DNA of 64,000 nt from Thermodesulfobacteriota bacterium (GTDB taxonomy: Bacteria; Desulfobacterota_D; UBA1144; Nemesobacterales; UBA2774), in NCBI GenBank assembly GCA_965216785.1, contig OZ244197.1, forward strand, positions 1,600,001 to 1,664,000, given 5' to 3'. The translations under genes and the position numbers were made by a program. The notes beneath the pieces were generated by a model, which saw only the letters and a list, made by a program, of their open reading frames with translations, was not told the DNA's origin and made no database searches. How positions within the stretch are numbered: the first letter of the stretch is position 1; every line of letters begins with the position of its first letter. This document shows positions 17,742 to 26,294 of the stretch, one piece after another.

Positions 17742-18838
17742 GTATTATGGCGGTTTTTAAAAGAAAGGTTAAGGATAAAGACGGCAAAGTCACAGAATAC
17801 TGGTATTACGAACTACCACTACCAGGTGGAAGGAAGCTAAAAAAGAGTGTGGGTAAGGTGGGCAGAGCGACTAAAGCTATGGCTCGTCAGGAAGAAGATC
17901 AGAAATGGAAAGAGATTAAGAACGGGCAGTTAGGCAATGTAGAAATACCGACATTGAATGATTTCAAAGACGAATATTTAAACTACAAGAGGGAAGTTAG
18001 TAAAAAGAGGTCATGGAAACGGGATGAAGAACTGTTAAGGCCGCTTTGTAAGCTCTTTGGTACTAAAAAATTGTCTGAGATTACTATACAGGATCTTGAA
18101 GAGTTTAAGCAGATAAGGCTTAAGGAAGTAAGCTCAGCAACGGTTAACCGTTCACTGTCTGTACTGAGGCATCTCTTAAATCTGGCTAAGAGATGGGGGA
18201 AGTTCTACGGTGATAATCCAGTATCGATTGTCGGCTTGCTTGAAGAGCACAATAAGATAGAACGGGTTCTAACGCCAGAGGAAGAAAGAAGGCTGCTCAG
18301 TCAGGCTATTAACTACCTGAGACCTATATTATTCACTGCCCTTAATACAGGTATGAGAAGGGGCGAGATATTAAACTTAAAGTGGTCAGAAGTTGATTTG
18401 GAAGTAAACCTCATTACGGTTAATCAGACTAACTCGAAGAGTAAGAAAGAGAGAAGAGTGCCGATTAACTCACCAATGAGAACCATGCTGCTAGAATTAA
18501 AGCTTAAGTCGACGAACTCAGAATTTGTTTTCACAGATAATCAGGGCAATCCCATAAAGACAATAAGAACAGCTTTTGCTGCCGCGTGTAGGCGAGCAGG
18601 AATACCAGAGCTCAGGTTTCATGATTTAAGGCACACAGCGGGCACGAGAATGGTTGAGGCCGGGGCTAATATCGTAGCTATTAGCAAGATTCTCGGCCAT
18701 AGTGACATAAAGACAACTATGAGGTATGCTCACCCAGAAGAATCACTCAGAGAGGCTCTTGAATCATTGGCTAAATTCGGGGAAACTACTACCAATATCG
18801 CTACCAATGATATTGCCCATAACTCAGAAGTGACGTAA
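17738..18838 (+). CDS. Tyrosine recombinase/phage-type integrase
   Basis: TGMRRGEI, LRFHDLRHT, ILGHSDIKTTMRYAH; N-terminal arm-binding-like region. Confidence 0.96.
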   Translation: MSIMAVFKRKVKDKDGKVTEYWYYELPLPGGRKLKKSVGKVGRATKAMARQEEDQKWKEIKNGQLGNVEIPTLNDFKDEYLNYKREVSKKRSWKRDEELLRPLCKLFGTKKLSEITIQDLEEFKQIRLKEVSSATVNRSLSVLRHLLNLAKRWGKFYGDNPVSIVGLLEEHNKIERVLTPEEERRLLSQAINYLRPILFTALNTGMRRGEILNLKWSEVDLEVNLITVNQTNSKSKKERRVPINSPMRTMLLELKLKSTNSEFVFTDNQGNPIKTIRTAFAAACRRAGIPELRFHDLRHTAGTRMVEAGANIVAISKILGHSDIKTTMRYAHPEESLREALESLAKFGETTTNIATNDIAHNSEVT

Positions 18839-18858
18839 CCTACTGTAATTATTACCAC

Positions 18859-18944
18859 GGAGGGCTGGCAGAACGGCTAATGCACCGGTCTTGAAAACCG
18901 GCGTCCTTACGGACTTGGGGGTTCGAATCCCTCGCCCTCCGCCA
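18859..18944 (+). tRNA. tRNA-Ser(TGA)
   Basis: GGAGGGC/GCCCTCC acceptor stem, CCGGT-CTTGAAA-ACCGG anticodon arm, long variable arm, GTTCGAATC, encoded CCA. Confidence 0.96.
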
Positions 18945-19053
18945 CTGATAATCCATTTTTACAGATTCGGATAAAGAGCGGTACTAGTGCATATAGCTAA
19001 GAGCCGCAGGTTTATTTTATAACTTATAACTTCGCTATACGCTTGAGCTAACT

Positions 19054-19428
19054 TTAATTCGGCGGGAAACACATGCAGCTATTCACATTTGCCTTGCATG
19101 TCCAGCCGTCTTTGCAAGCTCCCATGCCGCAATAATCCGGTTTTAAGTCAGAGCATTTGCCCTGGGCGAACACGCCGGAAGCTTCGTCAAACTCTGAGGC
19201 GAGTGTGTCCATTGTAACTGTCGATAGCTCGGTCGTATCGAATAGCCCGGCTGCTTTTTCACCGCACACGAACGCATTGTCCGCGCTGCCGGGAGCAGGA
19301 AAAGATACTAATATCAAAAGTGTAACAAGAAGTACGGCTAATGTGCCTGTTATCCTGTATTTGTCCATCATAATCTCTCCATAGCGTTTTCTTGAAACGA
19401 TAATAGGATAATCTGTGAGGGCTGTCAA
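19054..19428 (-). CDS. Small secreted Cys-rich protein (start probably MMDKY near 19371)
   Basis: Signal peptide, acidic linker, six Cys at the C terminus. Confidence 0.7.
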   Translation of the reverse strand: MTALTDYPIIVSRKRYGEIMMDKYRITGTLAVLLVTLLILVSFPAPGSADNAFVCGEKAAGLFDTTELSTVTMDTLASEFDEASGVFAQGKCSDLKPDYCGMGACKDGWTCKANVNSCMCFPPN

Positions 19429-19462
19429 TTGGTTTTTAGTCGATTATTTCTGGCTCTAACGG

Positions 19463-19891
19463 CTAGTGATTTGTATGATGGTCACCGTCCCCCTGGTTCA
19501 CACCATCGCGGTAAATTGTATATTCCTTTACATCCCCGTTTTTATGGTAGGTCTTGTGCATACCGTCAAGTTTTCCGTCCTTGTAGTTGCATATACTCTT
19601 AATCGCCCCATTGTCGAAATAGCCGTACGTGACTCCCTGTCTTACGTTATTTATATAGCTTGAGGCCTTTTCGACCTCGCCGTTATCATAGTAGAGCTTC
19701 GTTATACCGTTTAGCTGACCGTTCTTGCACATCCACTCTGTCTTGACCTTACCGTCATCATAGTAGTCTTTGGTTACGCCGTCGGGCTTGCCGCTGCAAA
19801 CGGCTTCGGGCTCTTCGGCGAGCGCGGCTGAAGACATAGTGATTACTATAAACAGCGCGGTTAGGGTTTTTAGCAATTTCCAATCCTCCAA
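19463..19891 (-). CDS. Secreted MORN-variant repeat (YwqK-like) protein
   Basis: Repeats G.TK.YYDNG...Y..G. Confidence 0.8.
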   Translation of the reverse strand: MEDWKLLKTLTALFIVITMSSAALAEEPEAVCSGKPDGVTKDYYDDGKVKTEWMCKNGQLNGITKLYYDNGEVEKASSYINNVRQGVTYGYFDNGAIKSICNYKDGKLDGMHKTYHKNGDVKEYTIYRDGVNQGDGDHHTNH

Positions 19892-20030
19892 AACGGGCTT
19901 ATTTAAGGATTAAGATGCCGCAGCTTTAAAATAAATTCAACCTAAAATTTTATCTTGATTCTGAAACCGGCAGCATTCCTAGTTTTTAATACAATGCGGT
20001 GCTTGACTTTTAGAGTCCGAAATAGTTAAA

Positions 20031-20600
20031 TTGATCAATATAAAAGCACGAAGGGAGGGTAAAGTGAAAAATCTTTATTCATTTGTTTTAAGTATGTTCG
20101 TAATAGGGCTGCTGGGACTTTACGTTTCAGTATCAGAGGCGCAGGAATCTGCTGTAGAGGCAGAACAAGAAGCGCCGAAGGTGGAAAAGAAAGTTGAGGC
20201 GCCGCCCACATGCGAGGGTAAGGCTCCAAATGTAATAGGGACCGAAGATAATGATACTCTTATAGGCTCTGACGGGCCTGATGTGATAGTGGGACTTGGC
20301 GGAGACGACAATATCAAGGGACTTGGCGGAGCAGATTTAATCTGCGGCGGTGATGGCAACGATACCATCACAGGCGGCCACGGGAAAGATATCATACACG
20401 GAGGCCCGGGAAACGATCATATTAAGGGCGGTAAGAATGATGACGTGTTATACGGTGATGAAGGGGACGACACTCTAAAAGGTAAAGGCGGAGAGGATGT
20501 ACTGGACGGAGGACAGGGTAAGGACAGCCTTGACGGCGGAGATGATAAAGATAAGTGTATAAACGGCGAGATACACAGTAATTGTGATAGAGATAAGTAG
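20031..20600 (+). CDS. Secreted hemolysin-type Ca-binding repeat protein
   Basis: Many GGxGxDxIx nonapeptides. Confidence 0.88.
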   Translation: MINIKARREGKVKNLYSFVLSMFVIGLLGLYVSVSEAQESAVEAEQEAPKVEKKVEAPPTCEGKAPNVIGTEDNDTLIGSDGPDVIVGLGGDDNIKGLGGADLICGGDGNDTITGGHGKDIIHGGPGNDHIKGGKNDDVLYGDEGDDTLKGKGGEDVLDGGQGKDSLDGGDDKDKCINGEIHSNCDRDK

Positions 20601-20675
20601 ATCTTATATCCGGGATTCAAATATAGTCTCTTTCAATAACGCCCTGGCGTCTATTGAATATATTGCTGAAACTTA

Positions 20676-21512
20676 ATGAGCTCAGCGCTTTATATAGTTT
20701 CAACGCCGATCGGCAACCTAGGGGATATTACCCTGCGCGCTATTGAAGTGCTAAAGGATGCGGACCTGATTGCGTGTGAGGACACCCGGACTACAAAAAA
20801 GCTCCTCACGCGCTACGGGATCGATAGTCCCCTCACAAGCTATCATGAGCATAACGAGAGTGAAAAGGCCAGAGAGCTTGTATCCTTTCTGTCCGAAGGG
20901 AAAAGCATAGCGCTGGTTTCGGACGCGGGAACGCCGGGAATATCAGACCCAGGTTACAGGGTGGTTAAGCTTGCGTCGGAAGCGGGCATTAACATAGTGC
21001 CGATACCGGGGCCTTCCGCTGCTATTTCCGCGCTCTCCGTATCTGGGCTCCCCACTTCGAGTTTTTCTTTCTTCGGTTTTCCGCCGCGCTCTAAAAAGCA
21101 GCTTTCCGAATTCCTAGAGAGCATAAAAAGCCGTCCTGAGACTCTCATCTTCTATGAATCTCCCAAGAGGGTTGTGAAGACGCTCCATGCAATGCTCGAA
21201 TCGCTCGGCGACAGGAGCGCGTCGCTGAGTAGGGAGATAACGAAAATGCACGAGGAGACATTGAGGGGCAAAATATCCGAGCTGATATCAGAGCTTGGCG
21301 AGAGAAAGGAAGTAAAGGGTGAGGTTACTCTGGTTATAGAAGGTAGCAGCTCAACAGATGAGGAATTAAGCCCTGAAGATGTTGACCGGCTGCTGATGGA
21401 GCTTAAAAAAGAGGGGGTAACATTGAAGGGAGCTGTAGAGGAAATATCCGGTAAGACGGGTTTCTCAAAGAGTAAGACTTATAAACGGGCGCTAGCTATC
21501 TGGAAGGGTTAA
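20676..21512 (+). CDS. rsmI: 16S rRNA C1402 2'-O-methyltransferase
   Basis: LYIVSTPIGNLGDIT; VSDAGTPGISDPG; FYESPKR. Confidence 0.96.
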   Translation: MSSALYIVSTPIGNLGDITLRAIEVLKDADLIACEDTRTTKKLLTRYGIDSPLTSYHEHNESEKARELVSFLSEGKSIALVSDAGTPGISDPGYRVVKLASEAGINIVPIPGPSAAISALSVSGLPTSSFSFFGFPPRSKKQLSEFLESIKSRPETLIFYESPKRVVKTLHAMLESLGDRSASLSREITKMHEETLRGKISELISELGERKEVKGEVTLVIEGSSSTDEELSPEDVDRLLMELKKEGVTLKGAVEEISGKTGFSKSKTYKRALAIWKG

Positions 21513-21520
21513 TAAACTTT

Positions 21521-21706
21521 CTATTTATCCGTGCCGTGTTTGATCCTCCTGTCTTTTTCAACTTCAGAGCCTACAGGAACGCTCTTTTCAATCTTTTGCT
21601 TTTTATCCGCAGCCTCTCCCTGTATTTGCTTTTTACACGAATCGCATATGGATGTGTCAGAGGGTTTAGCGCATACCATGCATAGGCTTTTTTTCTTTTC
21701 GGTCAT
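21521..21706 (-). CDS. Small hypothetical protein with two CxxC motifs
   Basis: CMVC...CDSC; SD GGAG upstream. Confidence 0.65.
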   Translation of the reverse strand: MTEKKKSLCMVCAKPSDTSICDSCKKQIQGEAADKKQKIEKSVPVGSEVEKDRRIKHGTDK

Positions 21707-21785
21707 TTGGCTTATCTCCTATTAATATTCTACAGATAAGAGGGCAAAATGAAACCCTGATTCTCCTGCATCCAGAGGCCATAAA

Positions 21786-23246
21786 TTAAACAGGCGGCCT
21801 TTTCCCAGACCATTCAGAGCGCTGCTCATAAGCGTGCGCTACCCGGAACATGGTCTCTTCATCAAACGGTCTGCCGAGGACTTGAATACCTATCGGAAGC
21901 CCGGTCGAGCTTAGGCCCGAGGGAAGTGAAATGCCGGGGAGCCCGGCGATATTACAGGGGATTGTGAGCACGTCCGATAGATACATCTTGATCGGGTCGT
22001 CAGTTTTCTCCCCGATTTTAAAAGCGGTTTCAGGACTTGTGGGCGCGACGATCGCGTCTACTTTCTTAAAAGCCTCATCAAAATCCTGCTTTATTAGCGT
22101 CCTTACCCGGAGGGCTTTTAAGTAGTAAGCATCGTAATAACCTGCCGAAAGAGCGTACGTGCCGAGCATTATTCTTCTTTTGACTTCCTCTCCAAACCCT
22201 TCGGCCCTGGTTCTTTTATACATGTCTATCAGGCTCTTTGCGCCGCTCGCGCGGTATCCGTACTTCACTCCGTCATATCTGGCGAGGTTCGAGCTTGCCT
22301 CCGACGGGGCGATAATGTAATAGGTCAGCACAGCGTACTCCGTATGGGGGAGTGAGATCTCGACAATCTCCGCACCTAGATCACTGAGTGCTTCAATAGC
22401 CTTTTTCGCTGAATCCTCTACGTCAGGGTCCATGCCGTCTACAAAATACTCTTTGGGGATGCCTATTTTTACCCCTTTTATATCACCGCTCAGGCTCTGT
22501 GTATAGTCGGGCACAGGGGCGTCTACGCATGTGGAGTCCCTTCTGTCGCCGCCCGCAATGGCATTAAGCATGATTGCGCTGTCTTCCACAGTCTGAGTAA
22601 GAGGTCCTGCCTGGTCGAGTGAAGAGGCAAAAGCTATCATCCCGAAGCGGCTTACCCGCCCGTACGTCGGCTTCATCCCGACTACTCCGCAAAGCGACGC
22701 CGGCTGTCTGATGGAGCCCCCGGTATCGGTGCCGACAGAGCCCAGGCACAAAGACGCAGCAGTGGCCGCTGCGGAGCCTCCGCTCGAGCCTCCGGGCACC
22801 CTGTCCGTGTCCCAAGGGTTTTTAGTCGGGCCGAAGTAAGATGTTTCCGTGGATGAGCCCATTGCGAACTCGTCCATGTTGTTTTTCCCGAGTATGACTG
22901 CTCCTGAGTCGAGGAGTTTTTGAGCTACGGTCGCGTTGTATGGGGAAATGAAATTCTCGAGCATCTTAGAACCGCAAGTAGACGGCGCGCCTTTCATCAC
23001 AAATATGTCCTTAAGCGCGATCGGAACGCCGTGAAGGGGGCCTTTGTAATTCCCCTCGGCTATTTCTTTCTCTGCCCGCTCTGCGGATTGTAGCGCGCTA
23101 TCCCCAAGTACAGTTATATATGTGTTCAGGTCCCCGTCTAAATCCTCAATCCGTTTCAATAGGGTTTTTGTAATCTCAACAGGGGAAACCTCTTTTTCCT
23201 TAATGAGCTTCCCTGCTTCTTTTATGGTTAAAAACGGCAGTTCCAT
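21786..23246 (-). CDS. gatA: Asp/Glu-tRNA amidotransferase subunit A
   Basis: [33 protein letters not shown]. Confidence 0.97.
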   Translation of the reverse strand: MELPFLTIKEAGKLIKEKEVSPVEITKTLLKRIEDLDGDLNTYITVLGDSALQSAERAEKEIAEGNYKGPLHGVPIALKDIFVMKGAPSTCGSKMLENFISPYNATVAQKLLDSGAVILGKNNMDEFAMGSSTETSYFGPTKNPWDTDRVPGGSSGGSAAATAASLCLGSVGTDTGGSIRQPASLCGVVGMKPTYGRVSRFGMIAFASSLDQAGPLTQTVEDSAIMLNAIAGGDRRDSTCVDAPVPDYTQSLSGDIKGVKIGIPKEYFVDGMDPDVEDSAKKAIEALSDLGAEIVEISLPHTEYAVLTYYIIAPSEASSNLARYDGVKYGYRASGAKSLIDMYKRTRAEGFGEEVKRRIMLGTYALSAGYYDAYYLKALRVRTLIKQDFDEAFKKVDAIVAPTSPETAFKIGEKTDDPIKMYLSDVLTIPCNIAGLPGISLPSGLSSTGLPIGIQVLGRPFDEETMFRVAHAYEQRSEWSGKRPPV

Positions 23247-23257
23247 TCAAAAATCTC

Positions 23258-23548
23258 CTAGTCCTCAATTACTTTTGGTACTGTGAAAAAGTCGTCTTCT
23301 CTCTCAGGGGCGTTCTGGAGCGCCTCTTCATGAGTGATCCACTCTTCCACCCGGTCTTCTCTTAGCGGGGTCGATATATCCAGCACGTGAGACGTGGGTT
23401 CTACTCCTTTTGTGTCGAGCTCGCTTAGCTTTTCGATATATTCCAGTATATTCCCGAGCTGATCGGTAAATTTCTGGATCTCCTCTTCTCCGAATTCTAG
23501 CCTGGCAAGCTCTGCTACGTGTATAACGTCATCTTTTGAAATTTTCAT
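23258..23548 (-). CDS. gatC: Amidotransferase subunit C
   Basis: HVAELARL...NAP....FFTVPKVIE. Confidence 0.96.
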   Translation of the reverse strand: MKISKDDVIHVAELARLEFGEEEIQKFTDQLGNILEYIEKLSELDTKGVEPTSHVLDISTPLREDRVEEWITHEEALQNAPEREDDFFTVPKVIED

Positions 23549-23624
23549 AATTTAGTCCTGTAATTTCTGATAGTCCGTGCAAGTATGCAGCTTAATATTA
23601 TACAGAATCCCCGGAATATCTATT

Positions 23625-24578
23625 TTATTTGTTACTACAGAGATTTTCGACGAACTCTATGACTTCAGTCTCGATCTTCGCGCCGTTAAGATTATTTATT
23701 TCCTGAACTCCTGTAGGGCTTGTGGTATTGATTTCCGTTACAAGGCCGCCTATTACATCAATGCCCACAAAGTAGAGCCCGTCCTGTCTCAACCTGGGAG
23801 CGATAGCGGCGCATATCTCAAGGTCCCTTTCCGTAAGGGCAGATTTTGCAGGGCTTCCGCCGGAGTGAAAATTACAGCGGAATTCCCCTCCTGACTTCGG
23901 TACCCTGAGCACGGCTCCCAGAGGCTCGCCGTTTAGGAGAATGATCCTCTTATCTCCCTCGTATACCTGTTCTATGAACTTTTGGGCCATAACGTATTCA
24001 GTGCCGAATTTTGTGATCGACTCCAATATTACGTTTTCGTTCCTGTCGCCTTGTTTGGCGAAGAAAATGCCCTCGCCACCGTGGCCGTCTAGCGGTTTTA
24101 CTACCATCTCCCCGCCCGCGCTTTCTAAAAACTCTCTTAATACTGAAATATCTTTTGTGACTACGGACTCGGGTATCCATTCGGGGAAATGTAGAGCGTA
24201 CATTTTCTCGTTTGATTCCCTTATACCCGTAGGGTTATTTATTACCTTGGTTTTGCTCTCATCTATCAGGCTAAGAATGTAGGTAGCATAGAGAAAATCG
24301 TCATTTACTGGCGGGTCTTTACGCATCCATACAGCGTCAAAGCTCTCAAGCTCTCTTACCTCTGTCTTTCCCAGCTCGTAATAGTCGGTATCTCTTTTTA
24401 GGCTCAGCTCTGTTGCTCTGCACATTGCCCTTGATTCTCTCACGAAAAGGTCCTTAAGCTCCATGTACCAGACTTCATGGCCCCTTGCCTGAGCCTCCAG
24501 CATTAGAACAAATGTAGTGTCTTTTTCTATATCGATGGTCCCTACCGGGTCCATCACGAATGCCATCTTCAGTTTCAT
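23625..24578 (-). CDS. gshB: Glutathione synthetase
   Basis: MRKDPP, GDKRI, EINTTSPTG. Confidence 0.95.
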   Translation of the reverse strand: MKLKMAFVMDPVGTIDIEKDTTFVLMLEAQARGHEVWYMELKDLFVRESRAMCRATELSLKRDTDYYELGKTEVRELESFDAVWMRKDPPVNDDFLYATYILSLIDESKTKVINNPTGIRESNEKMYALHFPEWIPESVVTKDISVLREFLESAGGEMVVKPLDGHGGEGIFFAKQGDRNENVILESITKFGTEYVMAQKFIEQVYEGDKRIILLNGEPLGAVLRVPKSGGEFRCNFHSGGSPAKSALTERDLEICAAIAPRLRQDGLYFVGIDVIGGLVTEINTTSPTGVQEINNLNGAKIETEVIEFVENLCSNK

Positions 24579-24729
24579 ATTATAGTCCTTTTCCGCAGTC
24601 CCCTGATTCTACCGAATTTTAGATGCATGGACAAATCTAAAGGCGTCTGCTCTGCTTGCTAGACTAGCATAATTGCCTTTAATGTTTCCACCAAATCCGG
24701 CATGCGTAGTAAGGTATACTTCATAACAA

Positions 24730-24981
24730 ATGGTGGAGAAAAAACCGATGTCCAAAGAAATAGCCGCGGAGAATAAGAAAATCCGGATGCTCAGGTTTAT
24801 GGTGGAGCTCACTATAGCGCTCATATACCAGAGCGAGATGACAAGAGAGGAGTCGCTTGAGCGCGTGGCCGGAGTGAAGCGCTTTGCGCTGAAACTCTTT
24901 CCCGGAAAAGAGGTCGCATTCGAGCTTATTTACGCCCCCAAATTTAAAAGAGTGATAAGAGAAGTCTATGGATTCCATTGA
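24730..24981 (+). CDS. Conserved hypothetical protein coupled to nfi
   Basis: ALKLFPGKE..FELIYAPKFKR; overlaps the nfi start. Confidence 0.7.
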   Translation: MVEKKPMSKEIAAENKKIRMLRFMVELTIALIYQSEMTREESLERVAGVKRFALKLFPGKEVAFELIYAPKFKRVIREVYGFH

Positions 24982-25669
24982 TCTGGAGCGTCTGCCTGAG
25001 CTCGGCAGTTATGTTCCCCGAAGCGTAAAAGAGGCGTTTTCTATACAGCGGGTGCTTAGAGACAGGGTATCGCTCGAAAATAGCGTTGAATCCCCTGCTC
25101 TGGTAGCCGGGGTGGACCTTGCGATATTAAAGGACCAAAAAAAGCTCGTCTGCGGGATAATTTTATTCCAATTCCCGGAGCTAAGCGTCATAGACAAGGT
25201 GTATTCAGTTGTAGAGGAGGCATTTCCCTACATCCCGGGGCTCCTGTCGTTCAGAGAGGGACCCGCGATATTAGAGGCATACGGGAAGCTCGAAGTGAAA
25301 CCCGATATACTGATACTCGATGGACAGGGTATAGCTCACCCGAGGGGCTTTGGGATCGCGTGTCATGTGGGTGTGATACTGAACGTCCCGACAATAGGCG
25401 TTGCCAAAAAGAAGCTATACGGCACGTTTGAGGAGCCCGGTGAGGAGCCCGGCAGGTATTCTCCTTTATTTTCTAAGGAAGGCGATACCATTGGCGCCGT
25501 TCTTAGGACCAAGAATAAGACTAAGCCTGTTTTTGTCTCGCCGGGTCATAAGATCGATTTACCTACTGCGTTGGACGTTGTAACCAAGTGTGCTCGCGGA
25601 TACAGGGTGCCCGAACCCACAAGACAGGCGGATAAATATGTCGCCGAGCTAAAAAAGGATTTGCTTTGA
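24968..25669 (+). CDS. nfi: Endonuclease V
   Basis: AGVD, PYIPGLLSFRE, DGQGIAHPR, PEPTRQAD. Confidence 0.95.
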   Translation: MDSIDLERLPELGSYVPRSVKEAFSIQRVLRDRVSLENSVESPALVAGVDLAILKDQKKLVCGIILFQFPELSVIDKVYSVVEEAFPYIPGLLSFREGPAILEAYGKLEVKPDILILDGQGIAHPRGFGIACHVGVILNVPTIGVAKKKLYGTFEEPGEEPGRYSPLFSKEGDTIGAVLRTKNKTKPVFVSPGHKIDLPTALDVVTKCARGYRVPEPTRQADKYVAELKKDLL

Positions 25670-25703
25670 TAAAAGATTCTATGACAAAGGAGCCCCGGTA
25701 ACT

Positions 25704-26183
25704 ATGCCCAAGAGGTTTTCGTGGATAATAGAGGGCAAGATCGCGGGGATGGAAAAGCCCGGGTCTTTGTATGATCTGGAGGAGGACCTGTTGTACCTCC
25801 GTACAGTCGGCATCGATGTTATCGTGAATCTGCAGGAAGAAGAGTTTTTTCAGGACCACGACGGGTTTATAGTGAAGAACATACCGATTGAGGACTTCGG
25901 AGCGCCTGATTTGTCTGATTTTGAGGAGTTTATCTCTTTCGTAACACCTCAAATACAAAGCGGTAACGGAGTGCTGGTACACTGTTTCGCCGGTATGGGC
26001 AGGACCAATCTTATGCTTGCCTGCTACCTACTGCACCATTTGGGTATAGACCCGGACCTCGCGCTTGAAACGGTCAGATTAAAACGCCCGGTACACATGG
26101 TAAATTACAAGCAGGAAGAGGCCCTGAGAGAGTACTTTTACACCGTGAGAGATGTTCTAATAGGTCTCCGTAGCACTAAATAG
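25704..26183 (+). CDS. Dual-specificity/tyrosine phosphatase family protein
   Basis: VHCFAGMGRT (CX5R motif). Confidence 0.9.
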   Translation: MPKRFSWIIEGKIAGMEKPGSLYDLEEDLLYLRTVGIDVIVNLQEEEFFQDHDGFIVKNIPIEDFGAPDLSDFEEFISFVTPQIQSGNGVLVHCFAGMGRTNLMLACYLLHHLGIDPDLALETVRLKRPVHMVNYKQEEALREYFYTVRDVLIGLRSTK

Positions 26184-26294
26184 TGAAGTCAGCCTTAATA
26201 TGTGCCAGGTAACTTTTCTGGTATATCAAACTCTTATCTGGTAGATTATAGAATTATGGTTGAGGGCGGTTAGTCCCCCTGTACAGGAGAACAT

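Larger units (their letters stand above)
1..18858. mobile_element. Integrative element (phage-satellite/IME-like) at tRNA-Ser; left end outside window
   Basis: Tyrosine integrase abuts the tRNA. Also present: Xis-like HTH, primase-NTPase, iterons, defence gene and AT-rich intergenic cargo region. No capsid, tail or T4SS genes visible. Confidence 0.85.

Noticed and set aside
5284-18838. Integron with attC cassettes
   Set aside because: The integrase looks phage-type (N-terminal arm domain, no obvious IntI insertion). Cargo genes have their own promoters and terminators, and the repeats lack paired RYYYAAC/GTTRRRY ends directly after stop codons.
1-18858. Complete prophage or conjugative element
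   Set aside because: No capsid, tail, large terminase, relaxase or T4SS genes in the visible part.
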